The position numbers and the translations under genes are program-made. A stretch of 55,785 bases of DNA, counting the filler, from Sphacelaria rigidula (Eukaryota): assembly GCA_964200075.2 (NCBI GenBank). It is 5 parts of 5 records of this genome, joined end to end, with 100 filler letters (N's around TTAATTAATTAA, not from the genome) between each part and the next. Parts side by side here need not be neighbours in the genome. Positions count along the whole stretch, not along the records: positions 1 to 11,079 come from CAXNAA020005420.1; positions 11,180 to 22,257 come from CAXNAA020005421.1; 3 more parts are not named here. One strand, given 5' to 3'. This document shows, piece by piece, positions 1 through 11,502 of this stretch (its first letter is position 1; every line of letters begins with the position of its first letter). The notes beneath the pieces are model-generated. The model worked only from the letters and a program-made list of their open reading frames with translations, was not told where the DNA came from and ran no database searches.

Positions 1-580
1 ACTACCGCCGCGAACGCTCCTGACTACCGTAGAGCAATTGCTCGGCGATGACGGTCGCCTCACCGTCGAAGTACTTGTCTACATCTACGTGCGTCAGGTA
101 CTCGTGGCCGCCGCTCGCGTGTTGCGCCACGACGTTTTATACCAGATGGAGGTGTGGAGCTCGTACGACGCTCAGGCGCAGTACTGAACAGACATACACA
201 GTGTACCGAACATGCTCAAACGCCTACTTTTTGGTTATATAATCTATGGTTGAATAGGGATGGTCAAAATGGATTATGAGGCTAGACAGCGAATGTGTCT
301 ACCAGGTGTCTACCTCTACCGTAACTGAAGTGCTCATTTTGACGACCATGATTGGTCAGAATGATCATCTCGCGCCTCTTGAGCCTCGTGCACGGCTCAT
401 ACTTTCCGCGGGAAACTTCCAAACACACATGGTTGACTCCGTGAGCTTCTCCGGTACTCTGCGTGCAGACACCCCCCACCCCTCGAAAACCACCCCCCCC
501 GAGCTCTGGAAACCCCCGGATCTCTCAGGACTGTCAGCCTGTACAACCGTTCCGAGGCGACGCTCGTCGTCTAAGGATTT

Positions 581-2000
581 AAACCGAAGATATCATTCTT
601 GCGGACAATCGGCTCGAGGGCGTTTGTGCACAGGGAGCGTCATCACAGTAAGTTGGAAGAAAAGGCTTGGAAAGGAGTGCTAGTAGGGTATGATTCCGAT
701 AGCCCGTCGTACCGCATTCACAACCGCTACTCGGGAAAAATATCCAGGTCCAGAAACATCACTTTTATCGAACAAGTAACAGGAGCTCCTTACAGGGATG
801 AAGATTTTTCGACATTGGACATCCAGGAACTCGACATATCTGTAGTTGATCAGGAACAGTATGACGACACAAGCAACTTCAACATAAATATCTACGATGG
901 TATAGCTCAGTTACAGGACAGCACCACGGAGGACAATTCACCGATTACAGGGCCGCCAATCGCCCAAAGGAGGTTGCGTTCAGCCGGCGGTCCCAATCAT
1001 CATCCTTCTGGACACGTTAACAAACGGCAAGCCAGTGAGCTAAAGCGACTAGTCATGTTCTCTGAGGGTCAACATGCTGCAGCAACACTGGAAACGGTAT
1101 GTCGGTACATAGGCACTGTTGGAGTTGAACAGTTTGCAACACCCGCGTCAATTTCAGTCCCTACCAACTATCGACAGGCATCGAGCTCACCATTTACGAA
1201 GAGATGGAAAGCAGCCATGCTGGATGAACTTTAAAGCATTGAAAATTATGAAGTAGCCGACACCATCCCGGCCAGTTCTGTTACCAGCAACAACAAGATC
1301 ATTGGTACAAGGTGCGTCTTCAAGGTCCAGGCCGATGGGCGTTTTAAACCCCGGTTGGTGGTTGGTCTCAGAGGCATGGACTCGGAGTACTTTCGCTCCA
1401 GTTTGCAGGTTGGGAAGTCAGCAATTGTTACTGGCAACCGCTACTGCGAAAAATTGGCCCATCTCTTAGCCCTCGACGTATAAACTGCTTTCTTGTCTGG
1501 GAAGCTACAGGTAACAGCATTCTCTAGACAACCGCCTGACTTCGAGACGTTCGATCCAACGACGATTCAGAGAAAAATGCGTTCAACAACGGGGACGTTA
1601 TTTTTCATTTCTAACGGGCTAGTTAATTTCACTTCAAGTCTACAACGTATTACAGCTACTTCAACGGCAGAAGCGGAGTTAACTGCCCTTTTGAAATGCG
1701 GCAAATTCGGAACGTATCTCTTCAATCTTATACGAGAGCTAGGGTGGTCATCTATTGAGCCCGCGACTATCTACTCGGATCCACGCGGCGCAAGTCATCT
1801 GTCTTCAAACGCCAACTTCAGCACTAGCTCGAAACACCTGGCGATACGGTTCTTTAATTTATAAGATATGATTCGAGCCGGACAACTAAGGGTAAATAAA
1901 CTATGTATGATCTTCAGAACAGTTAGCCGAATATCTCACCAAAAGTTGTGATAGAATTGTACATCAGGGACTGCTGAAGGCTACAACCGAATTGGGGAGA
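581..2000 (+). mobile_element. Degenerate Ty1/Copia LTR retrotransposon pol (integrase C-terminal region, truncated RT, RNase H)
   Basis: LRTIGSRAFVH...KLEEKAWKGVLVGYDSDSPSYRI matches the Copia integrase C-terminal motif. PTNYRQA...WKAAMLDEL*...IIGTRCVFKVQADGRFKPRLV is the RT N-terminus with a stop. RSTTGTLFF...TATSTAEAEL...IYSD...SKHLAIRF is Copia RNase H. Most of RT is deleted near 1550. Confidence 0.9.
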
Positions 2001-2015
2001 TAACGGATATTAATC

Positions 2016-2777
2016 TGTCAGGATATTCAGCTTCGATCATCATCGTCAACGCTCAACTTCGATCATCATCTTTAACGCTCAACTTCGATCTTCCAATTCT
2101 TTTCAACTGTCATCACCCAAGCGACATCTCGACAGCCATCCCAAGGGCACCACACCACATCACTTCCCAACCCATACCTCCAACACCTTTGTTGGAAATA
2201 TGTGTGGCTCGTGGCTTGTTGGTACTCTTCTCGAAACAGACCGACCAGTGTCCTGAAGACACGACTACCGTCCCGAGGACCGCAGTATGGCAGAGAGTGC
2301 ACGGTGGTTGTCAGACCACTTGCTTCTGCAGCAGAATAAAATCAGAGAGTCAAAATGGTTGATAGGCTCTTCATCTGGCCAAGAAAAACACAACGCACAG
2401 TCTCTTCTTAAAGGAGAGAGCTGGAGGTAGTGAAGGAGAGTGATTGCAAGGGCGATGATAACCACCAATTGCAAGCGTACTCAATCCTGGAAGGATAATC
2501 GAAACACTCTACACGTACGTAGATTCCAACCGTATCATTCAATTCAACCTCTCTATTACTGATGCGGTAGCCTCGTCAGCTTAGATCAACTGCAACATCC
2601 CAGCAAGATGTGCTACAACTTATGTGGTCTAGATACTCGCTAGAGTATCTACAAATCATGGCAATACCCCTACTCTTAGAAGTATCTTACTCGAGGTCCC
2701 ATTCAAAGAGGTACTTCTCATTATAAAGATACAATGTAACTGTACTGTACTGTTCGAAGTTTCATCGAACCGCAACA
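2016..2777 (+). repeat. Putative LTR of the Copia element
   Basis: TGT...ACA-bounded segment shortly after the RNase H end and a purine tract (ggggaga, ~1994-2000). It is followed by ggttgcgccgc, which resembles a PBS start. No second LTR in the window to confirm. Confidence 0.4.
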
Positions 2778-3526
2778 GGTTGCGCCGCTATTTTTCTCTG
2801 TAGTTGCAACGACTCGATTCAAGCAATGCATGTAGACTGTACCGTGTATTATTTGCAACAACCTCCAACCCCCAAACATCTTCTAAACCCAATCTCCAGC
2901 ATCTTCTATCATCATTTTCATAATGAGCTACTGCATCAACAACAACTCCAACAACTACCGAAACAGCCCAAGACCAGGAAACAGAAATGCGCGCGGACAC
3001 GTCGGGCGAAATCCAGCAACCAATGGCCGTGCACACCGCACTTCGCGCCGCCAGAGGCCACAACACGGCGTAACAGCCAATGCGCGGGCCTGTTACAGGT
3101 TAAGGGCAACGCCCGGTCAAGGGCAACTTTTCGCTTAAGGGCAAGCGGTCCGGATTAAGGGCAAGCGCCCCTGACTATGGGGAAGCGCACCTGGGTAAGG
3201 GGAAGCACCCCTGATTATGGGGAAGCGCACCTGACTATGGGGAAGCGCCCCTGACTATGGGGAAGCGCACCTGGGTAAGGGGAAGCGCACCTGGGTAGGG
3301 GAAGCGCACCTGGGTAGGGGGGAGCGCACCTGGATACGGGCAAGCGCCTCTAAGTATTGGCATCTGCCCCTAGCGACGGAGAAGCGATACACGTATCATC
3401 AACATATTCCCGAATCAGCCGAAGATGCCAAACTGTCTAGGGCGTGCTAAGGACCCACGATACGTGTGTCTCTGGCTGGTGGGCACACGATACAGGTGTC
3501 TCTCGCTTGTGGGCACGCGATACAGA

Positions 3527-3556
3527 TTAGGGTTAGGGTTAGGGTTAGGGTTAGGG
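3527..3556 (+). repeat. Interstitial telomere-type repeat (TTAGGG)5
   Basis: Five perfect TTAGGG units. Confidence 0.95.
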
Positions 3557-3572
3557 TATCGTGGGTCCTTAG

Positions 3573-3795
3573 TGTAATCCGTGAGAGGACCGCGTGCTTA
3601 GAGGACCACGCCGTAGTTCAAAACACCTCAGGATCGACGTTTTTCAAAACCAATCCGGCCAGGCCCTGCAGGTACTTCGCCCCTGACCATAACCCCGACA
3701 CTAACCCTAACCCTGACCCTGACCCTAACCCTAACCATAGGGATATTCAAATTCCGATGCGGTCCTCTACGCACGCGGTCCTCTCACGTAGTACA
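3573..3795 (+). mobile_element. MITE family A copy 1 (TGT...ACA, internal CCCTAA-like repeats), nested in the foldback element
   Basis: ~37-bp TIR tgtaat(g/c)cgtgagaggaccgcgtgcttagaggacc. 5-bp TSD cttag on both sides. Confidence 0.92.
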
Positions 3796-4849
3796 CTTAG
3801 CACGCCCGAGACAGTTTGGCATTTTTCGGCTGATTCGGGAATATGATGACAATACGTGTATCGCTTCTCCGTCGCTAGGGGCAGATGCCAATATTCAGGG
3901 GCGCTTGCCCGTATCCAGATGCGCTCCCCCCTACCCAGGTGCGCTTCCCCATAGTCAGGGGCGCTTCCCCTTACCCAGGTGCGCTTCCCCGTTGTCAGGG
4001 GCGCTTGCCCCTAACCCGGGCCGTTCCCCCCTAACCAGGGGCGCTTCCCCATAGTCAGGGGCGCTTGCCCTTAATCCGGACCGCTTGCCCTTAAGCGAAA
4101 AGTTGCCCTTAACCGGGCGTTGCCCTTAACCTGCAACAAGCCCTCTCCTGGTGTCGCGTATAGCGCACTCTAGAGCCGGCTGTTCCAGGGGCTTTTGGGA
4201 AGTTGACAAGGTCAGTCTGTTCGTGGCTACACGCGTGGCGCTTGGTCGGCACTGTCGCTTGGGGTTTCTTTCCAACCCGCTGAGCTACGGAAAGCAAGGG
4301 TTCGGCACTCGCGCGCGTAGTGCACGAAAAATTACGCTCACCAAATGAAAGGGGACCGGGCACACGCGGAATTTTGCACGCGTGTGTTACCGGGTTCGAC
4401 TAGACTCCTGTGTCCTTCTCGGGGCTGGGGAGTCTCTGTAAACGTTTCATCCTACAATGAACGGTCGTAGTGGTAACAGCTACCGTATCAGAAGATGTTC
4501 CTGATTCGAAGGCGGTAGGCGCTACGCTACACGACTGCCGATTCCGCGGGGCGATCGGATTCAACTGGCAGTGATCACTACCACTATATACGATCCCCAC
4601 AAAGCCCATCAGACTTTTCGGTTATTGTCAGTGTTCATTGATTGATGAATTTCTTGTGACAAAATTAACAGAAATAATCAAAACAGTGTTTAGTGATCGA
4701 TTCCTTGTGACAAAATTGACAATAAAAAATCGAAAAAATCATGACAATTTTCGAAATAATGCCCTCCGGGAGGGGGGGGGGGGGGGAGGCTGCGTGTTCG
4801 GAGAAAAAAATTCGGTTGCCCCTTGGTGCGCATCTAATTGTTTCTCGCC

Positions 4850-5700
4850 GCAAGTTGTCACGACACGCAGTCTGGTTGCGTGTCGGCAGGCGCTGCTGCG
4901 TAGTTCTGTGCGGCTGTGCACAAAGGGCAATTTCGCCTTTAAACAGCGAGTATCCCTTCAAGTATCGAATTTTAGAGGAGGAGTTCACAGAAGAAAGACA
5001 AAGCTAGCGGCTGCTTCGTGTCAGAGCTCCAGTGCAGAAGTCGAGTCGTCTTGAGCGATTGTAGTACTTGCACTACCTTACATCTGCTGGCGACTGCTGT
5101 GATTATGTACCTCGTATTTGTCTGCTTATATATACTAATATAAGAGTGAGATGCAAGTTATGCGACGGTCGACAAGCTTTGGGCTGCATATTTTTTTTTG
5201 CAGCGAGCAGTGTGTGACGGTGTTTCACTTTGTGGCGTGCCACCAGGTGCTGCTTTGTTCTATACGGCTGTGCACACGGGCAAATTGGCCTTTCAACAAC
5301 GAGGACCGTTCATGTATTGAGTTGCAGAGGGCGACGTAACACATGAGCTTCGGCTGTTGGATCTGAGGGTTCCAGCGGAGAAACCAGGGCGCCAAGGGCG
5401 ATTTTTATTTTAGACTACACACTGACTATGTATGAACCGGTCAGCAGAGCCACGATATTTCAACTGACTGCCTGCACATACTGAAAATAATATGTAAACC
5501 ATGCGATTTACACCAACTTGCATCTTCGACCAAATCCTATTTTTGGCACCAATGTCACGACATTTGCTTTGGTGGCGGTCCGCCATGTGTTGCTCTGTTC
5601 TGTGGGGATGTGTACAACGGACAACCTCACGTATCATGAGCGAATGCCCTTTTACCCCTTGGCTTGTAGAGGACGAGTTCACCGATGAAACACGGCCGTC
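4850..5700. repeat. Three diverged ~150-bp direct repeats spaced ~350 bp apart
   Basis: Related segments around gttctgtgcggctgtgcacaaagggcaa at ~4850-5000, ~5207-5330 and ~5549-5698. Confidence 0.6.
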
Positions 5701-5934
5701 TTGTGACAGATGTTTTCGAGACAGAACCCAAGGGATGCGCGACGCTGCTGCTCATGGTATCCAAATTTCCGTACTTTCTCGTTCTAGCACGATGTCAGCA
5801 GGCACACCTTTCACTGCAGATGTGTTGGTGTGTGGCGGCCACAACTGCTGCTGTTCGTGTTCTTGTATTGTTATCTTCGCAATGGTGGTAAACGTGGGGT
5901 GGCGGCTCGGGGGCGTGCGTTTCCCGAGTAGTAC

Positions 5935-6175
5935 TGTAATGCGTGAGAGGACCGCGTGCTTAGAGGACCGCGCCGTAGTTCAAAATCTCTCAGGATCGAC
6001 GTTTTTCAAAACCAATCGGGTCAATCCCTGCAGGCACCACGCCCCTGACCCTAACCCCAACACTAAGCCTAACCCTAACCCTAACACTAACACTAACCCT
6101 AACCCTAACACTAACCATAGGGGTGTTCGAATTCCGATGCGGTCCTCTAAGCACGCAGCCCTCTCACGCATTACA
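5935..6175 (+). mobile_element. MITE family A copy 2
   Basis: Same TIRs. Longer (c/a)ctaac tract. 4-bp TSD gtac. Confidence 0.92.
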
Positions 6176-6453
6176 GTACAGCAGCTGAACACTAGTGCAC
6201 CGAGAGCTTCCACCCACTGATCTGGAACGAGTTATCCGAAGGAACAACATCATCTCAACACCGAGCACTCACAGGCTTGGAGATATGTACCATGTACCAT
6301 GTTTATAGTACATTTCATATGAGCCAGGTCGTTGTTTCTAGGTGACGCATGTATTTTCGATTGATATGATTCGCCTGATTACGGTCCAGCTCTTATGAAT
6401 TTAGCGTTCGTGATCCATTTTCCCGAAATATAGTACCCAAAATCGGGCCCCAG

Positions 6454-6680
6454 TGTAATGCGTGAGAGGACCGCGTGCTTAGAGGACCGCGTGCTTAGAG
6501 GACCGCGCCGTATTTCAAAACACCGCAGGATCGACGTTTTTCAAAATCAATCGGGCCAGTACCTGCTGGTACCACGCCCCTGACTATACCCCTAACACTA
6601 GCAATGACCCTAACCCGAACTATAGGGATGTTTAAATTCCGATGCGGTCCTCTAAGCACGCGGTCCTCTCATGCATTACA
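6454..6680 (+). mobile_element. MITE family A copy 3
   Basis: Same TIRs with one extra 17-bp subrepeat. 5-bp TSD cccag. Confidence 0.92.
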
Positions 6681-6710
6681 CCCAGTCCCACCCATAACTA
6701 TGTGTAGCAG

Positions 6711-6836
6711 GTGCGTTTTTCGTCCGCTACGAGGCCGTTTGCTTCGTGCGATGGCTTGAACGATGGCTACGGACTGTGTGAGTGTATTGGAGGTGCTGTG
6801 GTGTCGATGCAAGGCACGTGGGACGAGCGCAGACAG
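6711..6836 (+). CDS. Possible isolated coding exon, unknown product (VRFSSATRPFASCDGLNDGYGLCECIGG...DERRQ)
   Basis: cag|...cag|gt boundaries, 126 nt, open frame. No recognisable domain. Confidence 0.25.
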
Positions 6837-7222
6837 GTATTCCAATCGCTGGTGGTGGACATAAGCTATTTCCGAGTCGCCACTTGTACATGGTAAAGGC
6901 TTAATTACTTGCTCGGCGCAAGGGTCTATGTTTGAGAAAGGTCGTGGGACCTCTGATGTTGTAATGTTTCCCCGGTTGAAAAATAAGTATATATTACACT
7001 CTTCACGTAAAACGTAAAAGCCCCACTTGTGCACTACCAAAGGGGGGGAGGGGGGGGGCAATCATGAAAAAATCGCTCTCGTGCAAAAATAACACGTCAT
7101 AGCCTCATTACTTGGCCCAGCGATGAGGCGCGTGCCCCACAGCAGATGCTTACTGCAACCACCGTATCGTGTATACCCTAAATAACAGAACTGTATCTCT
7201 TATTTGCCCTCCTTCCCCCATA

Positions 7223-7802
7223 TGTCAAGATCCAATCACAACATCTACTTCCCTTGCATCCAGGCATTTTTACATGTATCTATGCCTGAGTGTGAGTATA
7301 TTCGATTAACCCTCCTACCCACGGCTCAATTCTACTCATGTCTGAGACCCTAATAGATGTATTTTCATCTGAATGTACGAGAATGTTTCATCCCGAAAAC
7401 GACAATATCCAATCCTATATTACCAAGCACAAGAAAGAACGTGCCAGCCGTGTACAAACATACGGTCAAGTCATCTACTTCCTCAATACTTCATGATGTA
7501 ATGAGGCTGTGGTGCTGTTTTAGCAAAGGCACCGCTTACAGTCCAAACACAGGCTCACAAGGCAAGTGGACAGCAGACAGGCTGCCACAGCTCACACAGC
7601 TCAAAACAATATGTCACGATGAGTTCATCACGTGTGGTTCTTCTCTTCTTCTTGGTTATCTTGTCTATAACTTCCAGTATCCAATCAATCGATCCAACCC
7701 AAACCAGTCAATACGTCTCACCGATGCTGAGAATTCTTCGGCTGGAAGGTGGTAGGGGAACAGTAGTGAGATGGTAGGCGCTGGATGTGGGTATTTGTCA
7801 CA
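7223..7802 (-). repeat. Possible 3' LTR of the Gypsy element
   Basis: TGT...ACA-bounded non-coding segment downstream of the Gypsy integrase. The PPT is weak and there is no partner LTR. Confidence 0.3.
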
Positions 7803-8291
7803 TCTGACTGTTACCATCTCTACTATATACAAGCTCGTATTCGTACCCGACCAACTCTGAACAGACCTGCAGTCTTGGATACCGGAACGCCAGAAAGCAA
7901 ATAGCCAGACTCAACAACGGGTCTGAAGCGGCACGACAACAGGCTAATAAGCGTCTTCATGACACTAACCCACCCAAACGAACCTTTTTTACAGCTGCGA
8001 GGATTCATCCTCAAAGCCGCGGGAACTAATGTTTTCCTTTCCTCGTAATAAAGTCATGAGCGACTAATTGAGCATATCTAAGGAAACACTACCGTACCCG
8101 ACACTCCCGTACCAACAATCCTGTGCCCACTCCCGCACCTCAAAAAAAGGGAAGGATAGACTGCTTCGAGGAGCAGAAAAAGTGCTCCGAAACGCGGAAG
8201 GACGAAGTGCTTCTGCGTGCTAGCCGATCAACGAAGAAGCACAAATTGCTTCGGCGTCCTAGTAAAATTTAAGGGGGGGAAACAGGGAGGA

Positions 8292-8455
8292 ACAACAGGG
8301 AGCAGAGCTCCAACCTGGGGGAAGCCAAAGGTACAACAGGGAGCAGAGCTTTAACCTGGGGGAAGCCAAAGGTACAACAGGGAGCAGAGCTTCAACCTGG
8401 GGGAATCCAAAGGTACAACAGGGAGCAAAGCTTTAACCTGGGGAAATCCAAAGGT
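8292..8455. repeat. 41-bp minisatellite, 4 copies
   Basis: acaacagggagcagagc(t/c)..aacctgggggaa(g/t)ccaaaggt repeated head to tail with no spacers. Confidence 0.95.
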
Positions 8456-8701
8456 GCAAAAAACTGCAAGATCAGAAATCTGAAAATCGGTGATCCAGCT
8501 AGATCGAGCGCCAGTCGCAAGGGGATACTATAGCTCCAGTAGTCGTAGATGATGGTCGTCTCAGTAATTTTTTACCATCGTCCGATGTAGGTCGCGCTGT
8601 TGTGGTGTCGTAGAAGAGGATCCTGGTGGAGAAGGGAGGGCAGACAATGCTATAGGAAAATGGGGAGGGGAGGGGCAACAGTTGCGACAAGGGAGCGTGG
8701 T

Positions 8702-11079
8702 TCATAGCGGGGCGTGGACGTCGTGGTTGTGGTTGATGTTGCGCTGTAGACCGCGGCGAAATCCTTTGGACTTGAGGCGCTGGAGGCACAAGAATCCGCG
8801 TGGTGCAGATGGGCTGGTGATGTACAGTGCTGGCCGAAGCTTGAGCTGCATAGGGCCAGAGCCATCGATGAAACGCACGATGTATGTGTCGGCCGAAATT
8901 AGGTCAGCGGAGTGGGTCTGACTCAACCACCAGACGTTATCGCTGCCTTTGAACCAAAAGTAGCTGCCCTTTGGCAGGAGTCGCTGGTTCGCGAAGAACT
9001 TCGTCTTACAAGTCTTGGTGGGTATACGTTCGTAACCATCGGCGACGAAGCGTAATCCCTGATTGCGGTGAAGTTCGCGGGCTGCTGCGCCACGACGCAT
9101 GTGGCGATATTTCTTGTTGTGGGCAAGATGCTGATGTTGGGATTGCGTCCAGTTAAGGAGGATTGCACGAGGGTGCAATTGCAGGTCGGGTCCACGTTCC
9201 TAAGACTCTCTCCGAAGACCGTGCCAGTGTATCTTATACATGACAGCGGTTTTGCCACCTCGACCACGGATTATCTGGTGGCCGGAGATGGTGGACACGG
9301 TCAATCGAAGGGGCTGTTCCGTCACGTCGTCGGTTGTAACGTGGTAGGGTGGGGACTTGGTCAAGTAGCTGTTGAGAACATACTGTGTGAGTCCGGCAGG
9401 CAAGTACTTAGGCATGTCACTTGTATCACGCGGATTCGTGCAGGGTTTGCATCTGTGCACGGAGACGCGGGGTTTGGTGTCCTTGCCCTGGAAGTCGCGA
9501 GGCAAGTCGAGATAGAGCAGTTTGTCACCAACGGGTTTTTCATCCGATGATGATGACAATGGTCCGGCTGTCAGGATTTTGAATGGTCCTGTCCAATTGA
9601 GGGACAATTTTGTCTCCAAAATTGTTTCGTTGGCTGCCTTGCTGGTGCCTTGGCGGATGGTCGACAAACTGTTGTAGATCCAAACCCAATCATCAACTTT
9701 CCAGTTAGGGCTTTTGTGCATGAGGTTGTAGAAAGCAGTGTCAGATCTCTCAAGGTGCGAGGCGTTGATAGCGTGTTGTTCGCGCACGAGGGTAAACGCT
9801 TTGCGTTGGCGCGCGTGCGCTAGCTCGTGGTAGGATATCTGATCCTGATCCAATCCTTGGTGGCCGTCAAACGTGTGTCGCTCAAACACGGTGATAGGCA
9901 GCCGAGGGTAACGCCCAAGATGGAGTTCGTTCGGAGAAAGGTCTATGGCGGCGTTAACCGAGTTGTTGTAGGACACCATGATGTGCGAGAGATGTAGGCC
10001 CCAGTCATTTTGGCGGTCATTGACAACCATAGAGAGCATCTGGGCCATGGTGTGATGAACTCTTTCGGTACCACCGTTACCGTTCGGGTGGTAGGGGCTC
10101 GTGGCAATTTTGCGGATGCCCAGGAGCTTGTAAAGCTTATCAGAGAGATCTGAGCAAAACTGCTGACCATTGTCTGAAAGTAGCGCTTTGGGTAACCGTA
10201 GTGTTTAATGTAATCGTGGGCCAGTATTTCGGCCGTTCCGGCGGCAGTCAAATCCGCGGCGGTCACCGCGTACATGGACGCGTGGCGGCTGAAGCGGTCA
10301 GTGAAGAGTAAGATGTAGGTGTTGCCGCGACCTGTGGTCGGTAGAGGGCCAAAGTAGTCAAAGGACACAAGGTGACCGGGCTCGTCGGGGAGTCCCATAA
10401 AGATGACGGACCGGCGTACTGTCTGTCGTGAAGGTTTTCGGGCTTGGCATTTGAAGAATCGCCGAATCCAGAAGTGGGTTGAAATTTCCATGCCAACCCA
10501 CCAGTATAAGCGTTCCAAGAGCGCGAGGGTGTGGATGACGCCAAGGTGACATGAAAAATCTGTGTGGTAGCCTTTCATGACCCAGGGGCGCATTAATAAT
10601 GGCACATACATGCGCGTTGGTTCGTCATTGAGTAGTCGTGCGATGTGTCCCGTGGTTGAGGCGGCAACTGCGCCTGTCAAAGGCGTGGGCCGACGCACGA
10701 GTAGTTGCACACCTTCATGCGTAGCAAAAAGGATGCCTTTACGCACGAGCTCACATACATCAGAAATAAGTGGTGGTGGCAGTGTGCCAACCGGGGCCAG
10801 AAGTGTGGATGGAAAAGGGACTGGATAGCCGAGTTGTAAGTACCGGATGGCTGCGCGACATGGTGGTTCTGCGTTTTGTTCGCGAGCCCAATCGCCGTGA
10901 GAGTAGCTGGCGAGAAACTCGCGTAGTTGACCTTCCGCTGGCGAGCCGACCAAACATGGTGGGACAGGCGGCGGGGGAATAGGCGACGGGGCAGAAATGC
11001 CGACGAGTCATCCTACGATAGGGGGGGGGTATTTGGTTGCACGAAAAACAAGGCTCATAAGTGTGTGAGACATCCTTCC
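8702..11079 (-). mobile_element. Degenerate Ty3/Gypsy retrotransposon pol: integrase (zinc-binding, rve core, GPF motif), chromodomain and extra C-terminal region
   Basis: YVPLLMRPWVM..H...CHLG...LERLYWWVGM...CQARK; VSFDYFGPLPTT.RGNTYILLFTDRFSR; PYHPNGNGGTERV; KLSLNWTGPFKI; ISGHQIIRGRGG...YKIHWHG. Frameshifts and stops are present, and the contig end cuts the element. Confidence 0.93.
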
Positions 11080-11179
11080 NNNNNNNNNNNNNNNNNNNNN
11101 NNNNNNNNNNNNNNNNNNNNNNNTTAATTAATTAANNNNNNNNNNNNNNNNNNNNNNNNNNNNNNNNNNNNNNNNNNNN
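11080..11179. other. Artificial contig spacer (N run + TTAATTAATTAA)
   Basis: 100-nt N block with a six-frame stop linker. Identical blocks at 22258-22357, 33435-33534 and 44611-44710. Confidence 0.99.
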
Positions 11180-11502
11180 AGCAGTTATCAAAAGCTATTA
11201 GTAGGTGAAGAAATGAAACCATATTTCGAAGATTTGGTGTGAATACGAAGATTTTAATCCTCCGGGTTTTTCATCCCCAATAGAAGATCCATCCCCAATT
11301 TGTAAGATGCCATGTTTTTAGGACGTCCTCGATGAGAAGATTCTCGGCCTACGTGTGCAACCTCACACAACGTGTGCCCTAACAAGTGCGCATCCCTAAC
11401 GTGGCGCGACTCAACGACAAGTAATCTCTGATAACCCTCCTTCCTTAACCCCCTCGATATCGAATCCCCACCGCGCTTGATGTCAATTAATCATCCACTT
11501 GC

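Larger units (their letters stand above)
3091..4138. mobile_element. Foldback-type non-autonomous DNA element with ~370-bp inverted arms, 20-bp subrepeats and a central (TTAGGG)5
   Basis: 3091-3463 is the reverse complement of 3556-3572 plus 3796-4138. Termini tgttacagg...cctgcaaca, flanks ggcc/agcc. Arms are built from ~20-bp ggggaagcgc(a/c)cctgactat units. Confidence 0.85.

Noticed and set aside
3130..3350. CRISPR- or iteron-like 20-bp repeats
   Set aside because: They are subrepeats of the foldback arms and are mirrored at 3900-4100.
3527..3556. True chromosome end
   Set aside because: Only five units, internal to the contig and inside a transposon-like inverted repeat.
8292..8455. CRISPR-like array
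   Set aside because: The units are head to tail with no unique spacers, no cas genes are present, and the context is a eukaryotic retrotransposon.
11124..11135. TTAATTAATTAA as a biological motif
   Set aside because: It is embedded in N runs and repeated identically four times, so it is an assembly linker.
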